Positions 1 through 10,308 of a stretch of DNA of 64,000 nucleotides are shown in pieces. The translations under genes were made by a program, and so were the position numbers. Every line of letters starts with the position of its first letter. Position 1 is the stretch's first letter. Where the stretch lies: contig OZ244999.1 of assembly GCA_965223265.1 (NCBI GenBank), forward strand, positions 2,656,001-2,720,000, read 5' to 3'. The notes under the pieces are model-generated. The model worked only from the letters and a program-made list of their open reading frames with translations. It searched no databases and had not been told where the DNA came from. This DNA is from Planctomycetota bacterium (GTDB taxonomy: Bacteria > Planctomycetota > UBA8108 > SXIK01).

Positions 1-2
1 AA

Positions 3-1484
3 AAATTCAAGAAGGACGGCCTCGACTACTTCTTCAAGTATCTGCACGACATGAAGCCCAAGTGGCTGAGAGGAATCGTCTACGGACCTGGCACCAACAT
101 GACGCTCGCGGAGACGCGCCGTCGAACGCCTCGCCACTACCCGATTCGCCGCTATCCGGACATCACGCACAACGTACGGTGCCAGTATCCAATTCCGGCA
201 CTCGACGTCATCTTTGCACAGACTCTTGGTCGTGAAGGCATCAACCCACGACCGATGGCGACGAGCCATATTCACAACGTTCTCGCCAAGCACGCGGACG
301 GGTTCGTGTCGTACTCAGACGGCGCACACGACGATCTCAACAAGATGGTGTGGAGTGAAATGGGCTGGGGAGCGAAGGGCACGGCGGAGGAGATCGATGC
401 AATCTTACGCGACTACGGGCGCGTGTTTTTCGGTGCTTCGCTCGCTGCCGACGTTGCTGAGGGCTTGAAAATGCTCGAACAGAATCTCGCCGGCCCCGTC
501 TTGGAAAACGACGGCATCGACGCGGCGCTTCGCCATTGGCAACAGATCGAGAGGCGAGGTGGTGACCGCTTGTCAGCGAATTGGCGGTTTCAGATGTACC
601 TATTTCGCGCCATGTTCGACGCCTATGTTCGAGCTCGTCATGTTCTTGAGAAGGGCTACGAGAGGGAGGCGTACGCTGCACTCTCACGTGCCCGTGAACT
701 CGGCGTCAGCCCGGCGATCGCCGCTGCGCAGTGGGCGCTTGCCGAAACCGATCGCACGCGGCCGTTCCTCGACGATCGCATCGCTCTCGAAGCGCTCGGC
801 GTCAAGCTTTTGCAGCTCATCGGCTTTCAGATGAGCGTCGACCCACCGTATTTGGCCCGTAACCCTGAGCGTGGTGCGCTCCTCGACAAGCTCGATCGAC
901 CGCTGAATGATCGGCTGTGGCTCGAGGATCAATTCCGCAAGATTGTGGCGATTGAGAACGAGGCGGAGCAGCTGGCGTTGATTGACCGCATCGTCCATTG
1001 GGAGGATCCTGGGCCTGGCGGTTTCTACGACGATCTTGGCAACGCTCTCAAGCAGCCGCACCTTGTGCGCTACCAGGGAGCGGACGATCCCGGCTTCACG
1101 CTCGGACCGCAGGAGGCCCACTATCGTTCGTTGGACAACTACTCACTTCAAGTCTCGCGGCTGAAGATGTCTTGGCTAGACTATGCACAAACTCCCAGTC
1201 GCATTCCGCTCAAGATGCGTTACGAAGGACTCGATTCCGACGCAACGTATCGCCTGCGAGTGACGTATCACGGGCGTTTCGCACCGATCATGCGACTGAC
1301 AGTGGACGAGTCGATCGAGATTCACGGTGCGCTGCCGATGCCGCAGCCCGTTTGGCCGGTCGAGTTCGAGATCCCGCATCGAGCGACGCGCGACGGCACG
1401 CTGGATTTGCGTTGGGATCTCGTCGACCGTCGCGGCTGTCAGGTGGCCGAGGTGTGGTTGTTGCGGCAAGGACCGGCAGGCTAA
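3..1484 (+). CDS. Hypothetical protein, 5'-truncated by the window edge; paralog of 42986..45652 (putative carbohydrate-active protein)
   Basis: Frame is open from base 3 (KFKKDGLDYFFKYLHDMKPKWLRGIVYGPG). Shares motifs with 42986..45652: YSDGAHDDLNK/YSEGQHDHFNQ, HWEDPGPGGFYDDLG/HYEDPGEGGFYDNPG, and C-terminal EVWLLR/EVWLMK. Confidence 0.8.
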   Translation, partial: KFKKDGLDYFFKYLHDMKPKWLRGIVYGPGTNMTLAETRRRTPRHYPIRRYPDITHNVRCQYPIPALDVIFAQTLGREGINPRPMATSHIHNVLAKHADGFVSYSDGAHDDLNKMVWSEMGWGAKGTAEEIDAILRDYGRVFFGASLAADVAEGLKMLEQNLAGPVLENDGIDAALRHWQQIERRGGDRLSANWRFQMYLFRAMFDAYVRARHVLEKGYEREAYAALSRARELGVSPAIAAAQWALAETDRTRPFLDDRIALEALGVKLLQLIGFQMSVDPPYLARNPERGALLDKLDRPLNDRLWLEDQFRKIVAIENEAEQLALIDRIVHWEDPGPGGFYDDLGNALKQPHLVRYQGADDPGFTLGPQEAHYRSLDNYSLQVSRLKMSWLDYAQTPSRIPLKMRYEGLDSDATYRLRVTYHGRFAPIMRLTVDESIEIHGALPMPQPVWPVEFEIPHRATRDGTLDLRWDLVDRRGCQVAEVWLLRQGPAG

Positions 1485-1648
1485 CCCGCGTTTCGTGTGA
1501 CGTGCGATTCCCGTCGCCTTTCACACTCGAGTTGTGCACTCTGTTCTCTATATCTGTGTATGTCGACTTGAGCTCGCCGTCGAATGATCAAGGCAGGTCA
1601 TGGATGCGGCGGTGCGGAACACTGGATCCCCAATGGGAAGGAGTTTTG

Positions 1649-1966
1649 ATGGCCGACCATGCTGTCATCGTGCACCTTGTGCTCTCCGATAGCGACTTTG
1701 GCACTGAGGACGAGCGGGCGCGTGTCCATGAACTTTCGGACCGCATCGAGGCGGAGATCAACCTGAGCGGCGTTGGTGAATTCGACGGCGATGAATTTGG
1801 CGCCGGTGAGTGCACTCTTTACATGTACGGACCTGATGCCGATGCGCTGTTTGATGCGATCGAGCCGGTATTGCGCGGATCGACGCTCTCTTCGCGCGGC
1901 TACGCGATCAAGCGTTACGGCGACGCCGAGGATCCGGACGCGCGAGAGGTGCGCGTCGATCTGTAA
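1649..1966 (+). CDS. Small acidic hypothetical protein (105 aa)
   Basis: AAGGAG RBS before the ATG at 1649; protein-like sequence (GVGEFDGDEFGAGECTLYMYGPDAD). The ORF-track extension back to 998 overlaps the upstream gene. Confidence 0.75.
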   Translation: MADHAVIVHLVLSDSDFGTEDERARVHELSDRIEAEINLSGVGEFDGDEFGAGECTLYMYGPDADALFDAIEPVLRGSTLSSRGYAIKRYGDAEDPDAREVRVDL

Positions 1967-1986
1967 CCACCCCCGGCGTTCTCTCG

Positions 1987-3000
1987 CTACTTCGAGCTTG
2001 GCGGTCGCACGCCACGTTTGTGGCCGCCGACTTTGGAAGGCGTCGGATCGTAAGCGCCGACCGTCGCGGCGTTCGCACCGTTCGCAGGGATCGACCCCTC
2101 CATACCAAGGCACCAGAGAAGCGCGTTGATCGACAGACGTCGCATTGACTCGCGCTTGAAATCCAGTGGATGGCCGAGACTGGTATAGAAAACACGTGTC
2201 TCCTCGCCGCCGTCCGAGCGTTTGTGTCGCTGCAGCCAAGCGCATGGGTGCGAGACTGGTGGCTTCTTATATTCCCCGCCCACGGGATGGCCGACGAGGA
2301 GGAACTCGGGAGTCTTTGCGAGTGGGTACTCTTCTCGCTCTGCCGTGTAAAGCCAGGACCGAGCATGGAACGGCTCGACCCCGCGCAGGACGACGTGATC
2401 GCGGTTCCTTTCGAATAGCGTGACGTCCGTCTGTCCGGACTGATAGCCGATGAAGCGCTGACCAAAGAACTCGGTGCCGAAACCGTAGTCCCACTTCTTC
2501 CTTGGGTCGCCCTCGAGGGCACGGTAACGAAACGCGTGATTGGTCGTCCGAAAGGCCGCTCGAGGTTTTCCGGATTGGCAGTAGTCGAGGATCCACTGAA
2601 ACTGCTCCTGTGGTAGCGCACGGTAGCGGATGAAGAACACCGCTAGATCTGCCGTCTTGAGCGCCTGGAGTCCCGGCAGGTTGTCGACGGTGAGAGGATC
2701 GATGTCTCCGCTCTCCTTGTTGATGGCGTAGAGTACGGTTGTGCGAATCGGGTAGTCGCGCTCGAGAATCTTCGCCAACATGGGCATCGACTCTTCGGAG
2801 CGGTATTCTTCGTCGCCGGTGACGAAAACGACATGTTTCTTCTCTTCGACGGAAGCGGCGCCGCCGTCGTCGGCAGTACCAACGGACGAATACGTGTGCG
2901 CGATGAGAACGATGAGAAAGAACCGTGTCACGTCGAGGAAGTGTACTCCCGCCTTCTCTGAACGTTTGGCCAGCCGGAAGTTCGACGGTGTCATTCGCAT
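1987..3000 (-). CDS. ThuA-like / type 1 glutamine amidotransferase-like domain protein, probably secreted
   Basis: Motifs VFVTGDEEYRSEESMP and RVFYTSLGHP; hydrophobic N-terminal segment; ATG overlaps the upstream stop (TAATG). Confidence 0.8.
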   Translation of the reverse strand: MRMTPSNFRLAKRSEKAGVHFLDVTRFFLIVLIAHTYSSVGTADDGGAASVEEKKHVVFVTGDEEYRSEESMPMLAKILERDYPIRTTVLYAINKESGDIDPLTVDNLPGLQALKTADLAVFFIRYRALPQEQFQWILDYCQSGKPRAAFRTTNHAFRYRALEGDPRKKWDYGFGTEFFGQRFIGYQSGQTDVTLFERNRDHVVLRGVEPFHARSWLYTAEREEYPLAKTPEFLLVGHPVGGEYKKPPVSHPCAWLQRHKRSDGGEETRVFYTSLGHPLDFKRESMRRLSINALLWCLGMEGSIPANGANAATVGAYDPTPSKVGGHKRGVRPPSSK

Positions 3001-3890
3001 TAAAACGCGCAGTTCGTGGGGAGAGGTGGCTCCAGGGCGAGATCCGGAGCGAAGTCGGGCTCAAGTTCTACTTCTTCCACTCCCGCCTCAACGCTGCCGC
3101 GAAACCCTTGCCGGCTATAGCCGGAATCGCTCATGTGGGCTCGCACCACGACGACGTCACCTGGCTGGATGGGCACTGGGCCGCCGCTTCGCGTGAAGGG
3201 CTGCTCAGTGACGTGGCTGTGGAGCAGGACGCGGCGGTAGAGGAGTTCTCCCTCGGGCGTCGCGACTTCCCACCAATCGGCGTACCGTTCGCAGCCGGTG
3301 TCGGGGCTGGTGACGGTAACCGAAAACGTGTAAGCACCTGGCGCTCCACTTACGGTGACGTTCGTCACGCGCGCCTCTTCCGCGCCGTCGCTGCAGACGG
3401 AAAACTGCGCGCAGGAGAGAGGGTCAGTCGTCGGGTCAGGACCACACGAGTTGGCCCCCGGCGCGGGGATTTCGCCGTTACCTACGAAGAGGAAATTGAG
3501 CGTCGCGATGGCGTCGGAGATGTCGACGCCGCCATCGTCGTTTGCATCGGCGGCATCGTCGCATGCGATCGTTGCAGGATCGCTGCGAAAGAGGAAACCA
3601 AGCGTCGCCAGTGCATCCGAAATGTCGACTTCGCCATCGACGTTGGCATCGCCTCGGATGAAGTTCTCGGACGCCGGGCAGACAACGGCGCCTACGAAGA
3701 TCATGATCGTACAAACCGTCCAGATCACACTCGAGCGAACGTTTGGCGCCAGAATCTGGGTAGGCCGGCCACTCGCATCGTCACTCGTCAGCATGGTGTC
3801 GACACCGAGGGCGTTTCGGGTCGGACGGGTCCACCGCCGTCGCCAGCGCGACCGGTCGTTCGTCCGCTTTGTTGTCGATTCGCTATCCAT
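3000..3890 (-). CDS. Secreted protein with N-terminal dockerin-like module and C-terminal domain of unknown function (true start may be downstream of 3890)
   Basis: Duplicated Ca-binding motif FIRGDANVDGEVDISDA...CDDAADANDDGGVDISDA...CGPDP; C-terminal SPDTGCERYADWWEV...LLHSHVTEQPFTRS. Confidence 0.8.
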   Translation of the reverse strand: MDSESTTKRTNDRSRWRRRWTRPTRNALGVDTMLTSDDASGRPTQILAPNVRSSVIWTVCTIMIFVGAVVCPASENFIRGDANVDGEVDISDALATLGFLFRSDPATIACDDAADANDDGGVDISDAIATLNFLFVGNGEIPAPGANSCGPDPTTDPLSCAQFSVCSDGAEEARVTNVTVSGAPGAYTFSVTVTSPDTGCERYADWWEVATPEGELLYRRVLLHSHVTEQPFTRSGGPVPIQPGDVVVVRAHMSDSGYSRQGFRGSVEAGVEEVELEPDFAPDLALEPPLPTNCAF

Positions 3891-4074
3891 GAACTCTTGC
3901 GGCTCGAATCGCTACCTCTACGAGTGGGTAGCTTGCCAGTGCTACCCACTTTAGAGTCTTGGATGCCAGGAGGTATTGCAACCCCTTTCCCGACGCGCGC
4001 AACGTCAGTGACTGCCGCGGTCGAGCTTGCCGTTCATCGGCCAAACGTCCTTTCAACGGGAGGTGCACTCGAGG

Positions 4075-4866
4075 CTACACCTGCTGACCCGCTTGCCGAG
4101 CTTTCTCGGCCAGGAGCTTTTTCTGGTAACGGCCTTGCACGAGGTCGGTCAGCACGAGGATGACCAGCACGAAGTAGAATGTCGTCTTCGTCATCGGCGT
4201 GATCTCGTTGCCGAACAACTTGAGGTGAGCCAAATGCCCACCTTCTGTTACCAGCATGATGCCAACCAGAAAGAGAACGAAGAGGCCAAGAACCTCGTAC
4301 ATTCTGTTCCTCTGCAGGAACGTAGAGACGCGGTCAGCGAGCCAGATCATGAGCACACCGCCGATGACGATGGCGCTCGCCATGACCCAGAAGACATCGC
4401 TCAGAGCCATGGCGCTGAGAATCGAATCGAACGAAAAGACGAGGTTCATGACCACAATCATGAAGATCACCCGGTTCACAGAGCGGGTTTCGCGTTTCTT
4501 CGATTGCGCATGATCGTCGATGGAGATCATGTGCCAGATTTCTTTCATGGCTGTGTAGATGATGAACCCGCCACCGGCGAGCACGATCAGGCTGTGGAAG
4601 TTGAATGTGCCGTCGACGTACTCTCCGACATGGATACCGAAGAGGGGATCCTTGAAGTAGTCAATCACAGCGAGCAAGACGAACAGCAGAACGATTCGCA
4701 GGCCGATGGCCAGACCGATTCCGACTTTGCGGACGAACGCTCGCTTCTCCTCTGGAGCGTTCTGTGATTCGAGCGAAATGTAAAGAAGGTTGTCGAAGCC
4801 GAGTACGGCTTGGAGCAAAACGAGCATACCGAGCGTCAGGAAGTTGTCGATGGAGAGCGTGTCCAC
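4075..4866 (-). CDS. TerC family integral membrane protein
   Basis: TerC motifs LQAVLGFDNLLYI and NLVFSFDSILSA; about 7 hydrophobic segments; AAGGAG RBS before the GTG. Confidence 0.9.
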   Translation of the reverse strand: MDTLSIDNFLTLGMLVLLQAVLGFDNLLYISLESQNAPEEKRAFVRKVGIGLAIGLRIVLLFVLLAVIDYFKDPLFGIHVGEYVDGTFNFHSLIVLAGGGFIIYTAMKEIWHMISIDDHAQSKKRETRSVNRVIFMIVVMNLVFSFDSILSAMALSDVFWVMASAIVIGGVLMIWLADRVSTFLQRNRMYEVLGLFVLFLVGIMLVTEGGHLAHLKLFGNEITPMTKTTFYFVLVILVLTDLVQGRYQKKLLAEKARQAGQQV

Positions 4867-4984
4867 GGAATCTCACTCCTTGAGTCCAGCCAGCAAGAAC
4901 ATGAAGTGACCAACCAGATCCTCGAGCGAGGCATGGTAGGAAGGTTTGCCGCGTTGATCAAGTCGACCTGTATTTTCCCGACGA

Positions 4985-5995
4985 CTATCGACTGCGGACG
5001 CGAGCGAGCTTCATGATGCGGCCCGAGACGTTCCAGTCCTGCACGAAGAGGTTTCCCTGCTGGTCCCAAAAGGAACCGTGCGTGCCGCTGAAGAAGCCCT
5101 CGACCCAATTCTCTTGCTTGATCCCGAACGAGCGCCCCTTCTTGGCATCGGGGTTATGACCTAAGACCGCGATGATCGTGTTCGTTTTGTCGAGGATCAC
5201 TACGCGCCCATGCAGGTCGGGCACCGAGACGAAGTCGCCGAACACCGCTGCTGAGGTCGGCATCCCAAGCCCAGTGACGACTTCCGCGATGAACTTTCCT
5301 TCGAGGCTGTAGTGAACCAGACGTCCTTTTGGTTGGTGGTTGCGGTCGCAGATGAGGAGGCGCGGCGGCTCGTAACGGGTGTCGAGCGTCATGCCGTGAG
5401 CAGTGTTGAACTCCTCCTTGCCGTTGCCCTTGGAGCCGAAGTGCATTAGGTACTTGCCATTCCCATCGAACTTGAAGATTCTGTCGCTCGCGTAGCCGTC
5501 TGAGAGAACGATGTCGCCGTTCGGTGCTACCGTGATGGCTGTCGGGCTGAACCTCGTGCCATCGAGCCCGGATTTTTTGGGAAAGCCGAGCCTGAGAACG
5601 ATGCCGCCGTCGCTCGCACGAAACTTGATGCCTTCGCGATCGTTGTTCCGTGCTCCGTAAATGTACTCGACGCCGCCCTCATCGCGGATCTCCAGGTCGT
5701 GAATGTCGGAGTGGTCCTTGCCGAGAAACGAGCGGAGCACTTTTCCGGCGGGAGAGAATACGACAACACCCTTCTGCGCACTGGTGTACACGTTGCCTGC
5801 CCTGTCCACGACGACACCGCCGTGCGTTGGCCCGAGAATCGACCTCCCGTCGTGGCCGAGACCCCAGCCCGGCACCGTATCGAACGTCATGACACCGCAG
5901 CCCATCCGTACTGGCTCGACAGCATCCTCCGCGAAGGCGAAGGCTGTGAAAAAAAGAGCGACGAGCGCGGTTGTCGGTTGGATGGGACGTGTCAT
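4985..5995 (-). CDS. Secreted NHL-repeat / 6-bladed beta-propeller protein (peptidylglycine lyase-like)
   Basis: Signal peptide ending AFA; motifs SDGYASDRIFKF, FNTAHG, ICDRNH, GTHG. Confidence 0.8.
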   Translation of the reverse strand: MTRPIQPTTALVALFFTAFAFAEDAVEPVRMGCGVMTFDTVPGWGLGHDGRSILGPTHGGVVVDRAGNVYTSAQKGVVVFSPAGKVLRSFLGKDHSDIHDLEIRDEGGVEYIYGARNNDREGIKFRASDGGIVLRLGFPKKSGLDGTRFSPTAITVAPNGDIVLSDGYASDRIFKFDGNGKYLMHFGSKGNGKEEFNTAHGMTLDTRYEPPRLLICDRNHQPKGRLVHYSLEGKFIAEVVTGLGMPTSAAVFGDFVSVPDLHGRVVILDKTNTIIAVLGHNPDAKKGRSFGIKQENWVEGFFSGTHGSFWDQQGNLFVQDWNVSGRIMKLARVRSR

Positions 5996-6242
5996 TGGTT
6001 ACTCCGATGTGAGAATGCAGCGATTCACTTGCCAAAGGGGGGAGTCGGGCGAAACGGAGAATTCGGCTCCGTTGCTTCCGTATTGTCTCTTTGCGGCTGC
6101 AGACAATCAAGATTCTCAACGTTTTGCAGCAGCAGCTGGACACAATGGTGCCGCAACTGACCACGAACGATCCTGGGTTCGCGGACCAGGCGACTATACG
6201 CTAGCCGACGAGTTCAAACACGTCAGTGCTGTTGCGCTCGTC

Positions 6243-8609
6243 TCACCGCACGAACTCAAGCTCGACCGTCGTGTGCGCGACGGCCGGATATTTGCCGTCC
6301 TGCATCGCCGTGGCGCGGACGATGAACTTCTGCCGTCCCAGCAAACGATCGTCGTTCGCCGAAGTGACGCGGAACACCGTTTCGGCTCGACCCGGTTCTA
6401 TGACGACTGATTCTGCCTTCAGGAGCCCTGAGTTCACTTCATCCGGCACGAGCTCAAGGGTCGTCTGCTCGTTCAGCTTCACCGAGCGAAAGAGTTGGAG
6501 CGGAATCTCGAGAGTGTCTCCCGGCCTCGCGATCAGCTCTTTCGCGCCGTTCGATAGATTCATCAGCGCGCCCTCGACGCTCATCGTGATGCGACCGTCC
6601 ATTTTGCTCGCGATCCAGCGCTTGTTGCCCCGGGGGTCGGGTACGTGCACGAGCGCGTTGCAAATCATGCGCGACGTGCGGCTCGTTTCCAGCCACTCCG
6701 GCATGTAGACCGGGAACGGCACACGCGACTCGCCTGCCGGCACCAGCACGTCACCGGCATTGATGCCCTGGCGGTGACGGCTCTGACCAGCCGCCATCTG
6801 CAGCAGGACGTCGCCGTCGTAGTCTCGGTAGCGATCGATAATCACCATGGCAGGATAGGTCGTGCCGGCGTGGACTGTCCGTCCGCCTTCACGATCGACT
6901 GGGGTCACCTTCGCCAGAGGTTTCATCGTCGTGGCGAAGAGCATCGCGCCGCTCTGACGTTCGATGCGCGCTGTGCCTTCTCCGGCGACGCCGCTCACGC
7001 GCAGCGGGCTCGCCTTGGCCGGCGCGTCTGCGGACACGTTGACGGCAATCTTCAACTCCGACGCGTCCGCAGCGATGACGAGCTCGTCTGCAGTCGTGGC
7101 GCCATCGAACAGCCCTTCGACCGTGAGTCGAATTGGTTCTTTGAAGCCGCCGACGCGATCCGCCTTGACGGAGAACTCTGTTTTTGCCCCGATCGGCGCC
7201 GGTAACTGTTCAGGGATCGTCAGTTTGAATCCAGGTCGCGGTGGTACCACCGCGAGGCGGTAGACCGAAGCTTCCGAGCGCGGTCGTCCGGAGAGGTCGC
7301 TGACTTCAACTCGGTACGTGCCATCCGCCGGCACTGTGAACGTCAAACCGGCGTCGGTCGTGCCTGGAAGGTCATCGGCGCGCGCGAGTTCCTTCCCCTC
7401 GGATTCGTGCACCGCGAGCACGAGGTCTAAACGGGCATCGCTGCTGGCTTGCCTGAGACTCATCGGCCAGACCTCGTCCTTTCGGGCGGTGAACTCGTAG
7501 TGATCTGTCTCGCCTGGTAGGAGGGTCCCTGTGATGGCGCCGGGAACCGTCATCTCCCGTTTGCCCGCGGTGGCCGCAGTTTGTGACTCGAGAGCCGCCT
7601 CGCTCAGTTCCGGTGTGTCGCTGAGCGAAAACTCGTGCTGTACGCTTCCTACGAGCGTCTCAAGTGTGAACGGCATCGCAGCAGCTTGGTCAGACTTGGC
7701 CTCGAACGACACAGAGCGAGACACCGTCTCGAGTCGAGCTTGCTCGGATCTGAGGCCGTAGCCTATGAACTCCACCTCCTGCGTCTGCCCACGCTGTCCA
7801 GCTGCCGGGCGCGTCGCGACGATGCGTGGTCCCTGAGTGATCTGGAGGCGATACCTGAAGGTGCGGTTGCCGCGATAGTCGAGGTCATGAAGGCTCACGA
7901 GGTACTCGCCGCCGGCCCGCGCAGCGAACGTCACGGTGAGGTCTCGGCCTTCGGTGTCGACTTCGTCGACAAGCACGTTTCCCGATCCATCGGACACTTT
8001 CAGCGCGGCGTTCAGCGGCGAGCCAAGGCGTCGTGCGAACGAGTCAATCGTTACCGGCCCTGCGACGGGCGCTGCGAATCGGAAACGATCGACTTCTTCG
8101 ATTCTCATCACTTGTCCCGAGACGATGACCGGCAGCGCCGGCAGCAGCTGTGGGGCACGGCGGTGACGCTCCTCGACGACTTCCGTCGTCCGACTCACCC
8201 AGAACCTACCGCGCGCCGAGACGCCGTTGGCGTTGGCGACCTGCCAGTGAATCGGGCCGGGGGCACGGTCCTCTGGGATGGTGAGGCGCGCCGGAACTTC
8301 GCGTGGAATCGGTAGGGCACCGCTTCGTCCCTTGGCCCCGAACCAGTAGGGAGGTTCGGGCACAATCATGTCGCCTAGTGGTCCGACGATTTCGAGGTCG
8401 ACGTCTGACTCGAGGACGAAGAACTCCATGTCCGGTGTCCAGTCGAGACCGGCCAACGCAACGTCGACGGTCGTCCCTGCCTGACCGCCGGCGGGATAGA
8501 TGTAAGCGATCGCCGGCAGAGAGGGCGACGGCTCTTGAGCCCGAACTGAGGTGGACATCCACAGCAGAGCTGTGCAGAGGACGAGCGTTGAAACTTTCAT
8601 GATCACCAT
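6243..8609 (-). CDS. Planctomycete PPC (pre-peptidase C-terminal) domain protein
   Basis: YIYPAGGQAGTTVDV start motif; repeated DxxxF..(D)A.L.F..P.DG.Y.V.V.D PPC units; signal peptide; lies downstream of DUF1501. Confidence 0.8.
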   Translation of the reverse strand: MVIMKVSTLVLCTALLWMSTSVRAQEPSPSLPAIAYIYPAGGQAGTTVDVALAGLDWTPDMEFFVLESDVDLEIVGPLGDMIVPEPPYWFGAKGRSGALPIPREVPARLTIPEDRAPGPIHWQVANANGVSARGRFWVSRTTEVVEERHRRAPQLLPALPVIVSGQVMRIEEVDRFRFAAPVAGPVTIDSFARRLGSPLNAALKVSDGSGNVLVDEVDTEGRDLTVTFAARAGGEYLVSLHDLDYRGNRTFRYRLQITQGPRIVATRPAAGQRGQTQEVEFIGYGLRSEQARLETVSRSVSFEAKSDQAAAMPFTLETLVGSVQHEFSLSDTPELSEAALESQTAATAGKREMTVPGAITGTLLPGETDHYEFTARKDEVWPMSLRQASSDARLDLVLAVHESEGKELARADDLPGTTDAGLTFTVPADGTYRVEVSDLSGRPRSEASVYRLAVVPPRPGFKLTIPEQLPAPIGAKTEFSVKADRVGGFKEPIRLTVEGLFDGATTADELVIAADASELKIAVNVSADAPAKASPLRVSGVAGEGTARIERQSGAMLFATTMKPLAKVTPVDREGGRTVHAGTTYPAMVIIDRYRDYDGDVLLQMAAGQSRHRQGINAGDVLVPAGESRVPFPVYMPEWLETSRTSRMICNALVHVPDPRGNKRWIASKMDGRITMSVEGALMNLSNGAKELIARPGDTLEIPLQLFRSVKLNEQTTLELVPDEVNSGLLKAESVVIEPGRAETVFRVTSANDDRLLGRQKFIVRATAMQDGKYPAVAHTTVELEFVR

Positions 8610-8762
8610 CCTGAAACAACCTCTCCCAGTGGATCCGCCGCAGTGCGCTAGTAGCCTACCTCGCTCTTTTTCGAGTATCGACGCACCGGCGGCAGGGGTC
8701 AAGGTTGCTACGGTAAGCGCGGGCGCTACGAAGCATCTTCCAGACGTTCGTTCGCCCGCAGT

Positions 8763-10112
8763 CTAACCGACCAAATCGCGGACGAGGTGACCCCCGTTGA
8801 CGATCGGAACGGGGCGGCCGAGCGGTGTGTAGTGGATCTTGTTGCCGTCGATTCCGAGTTGATGAAAGATCGTGAAGAGAAGATCTTCCACACCAACCGG
8901 GTCGGACGTCGGGTAGGCCGCCTGCTTGTCCGTAGCCCCGATCACACGACCCGGCGGGATGCCTCCACCAGCGACGACGACCGTTTGCGCCATGGACCAG
9001 TGGTCGCGTCCCGCGTGCTGATTGATGCGCGGCGTTCGGCCCATCTCTCCCATCATCACGACGAGGGTCGAGTCGAGCAGGCCACGCTGCTCGAGGTCGG
9101 TGACCAGCGCGCTAAACGCCATGTCGGCGTGGGGAATGAGATCGTGCGTCTGGCTCGGGAAACAGCTGAAATGGGTATCCCAACTGCCGTGATCGATTCC
9201 GACGAAACGGCAACCCGCCTCGACCATCCGGCGCGCCAGAAGTGCGCATTGGCCCAGCGAGGTATGGCCGTACGCCTCGCGCACCTGTTCGGATTCCGAG
9301 TTGATGTCGAAAGCCTTCTTCGCTTCAGGCGAGGTGATCAGATTGAACGCGCGGTCGTAGTACTTCGACATGACGCCGGCGTGGCCGCCCTTTTCAAGTT
9401 TGCGCTCGACTCCGTCGACGGCGTTCAGGAGGCGCCGGCGAAGGTCGAAACGTTTCGAGGGCACGCTCGAAAGGGGGCTGACATCCTTGACCTGAAAATC
9501 CGGCTCGACTGGGTCGGTTTCAATGACGAACGGCGCATGCTCAGCGCCGTAGAAACCAGGACCGCCGGCCTTCATCGGATCCGGCATGTTGATGTTGGCT
9601 GGCACCGAGCTGCGCGGGCCGAGTTCCTTGGAGACGATCGAGCCGATCGCCGGATACAACTCGTTCGCAGGCGTGGCGACGTCACCATCAGAGAAGTTCG
9701 GACGATAGCCCGTCAGCACATAGTGGTAGCCGGTGACGTGGCCATTGTCGTTGTGACTGTGGTTGCGCATCAGGGTGAACTTGTCCATCACCTTGGCGCA
9801 GCGCGGTAGGTGTTCGCAAACCTGGATGCCCGGGACATTGGTCGGGATCGGCTTGTACGGCCCACGGATCTCGCGGGGTGCCTCGGGTTTCAGATCCCAC
9901 ATGTCAATGTGGCTCGGGCCACCTTCGAGGAAGAGCAGAATCAGCGACTCCGCTTTTGCCGGCCGCGTCGTTGGCGCCTCCGCCTGTAGTCGCATCAGTT
10001 GCGGCAGAGTCAAACCGCCAAAGAGTCCGGTCGTCCCCAGCCCGATAGCGCGTCGACGGGACATGCGGTCGCAGAAACGTCCCTTCGAACCGCCGAGATC
10101 CACTTTCAACAT
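8763..10112 (-). CDS. DUF1501 domain-containing protein (Tat-like N-terminus)
   Basis: SRRRAI leader; motifs GGPSHIDMWDLKP, LARRMVEAG, WDTH, GEMGRTP, GRDHW. Confidence 0.92.
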   Translation of the reverse strand: MLKVDLGGSKGRFCDRMSRRRAIGLGTTGLFGGLTLPQLMRLQAEAPTTRPAKAESLILLFLEGGPSHIDMWDLKPEAPREIRGPYKPIPTNVPGIQVCEHLPRCAKVMDKFTLMRNHSHNDNGHVTGYHYVLTGYRPNFSDGDVATPANELYPAIGSIVSKELGPRSSVPANINMPDPMKAGGPGFYGAEHAPFVIETDPVEPDFQVKDVSPLSSVPSKRFDLRRRLLNAVDGVERKLEKGGHAGVMSKYYDRAFNLITSPEAKKAFDINSESEQVREAYGHTSLGQCALLARRMVEAGCRFVGIDHGSWDTHFSCFPSQTHDLIPHADMAFSALVTDLEQRGLLDSTLVVMMGEMGRTPRINQHAGRDHWSMAQTVVVAGGGIPPGRVIGATDKQAAYPTSDPVGVEDLLFTIFHQLGIDGNKIHYTPLGRPVPIVNGGHLVRDLVG

Positions 10113-10308
10113 GGTTCTGCCGTGGCTCCGCGTTGGTCCTCAGCTGGACTCTCCAGCTGTCTCTTGCTGACAATTCTGCTCGACGGCTCAGACGACGGCG
10201 ATTCCGGCGTGACAGCCAGCGGGCAAACGCTGCCTGGGCGCCGGAGTTCGGCGACAGTCGTCCCTCGAGCCGACGAGACACGAACTTTCTGCCATCCTAA
10301 GAAATTCC

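Noticed and set aside
998-1648. Extended ORF 998..1966
   Set aside because: The upstream part overlaps the first gene in another frame; the RBS supports a start at 1649.
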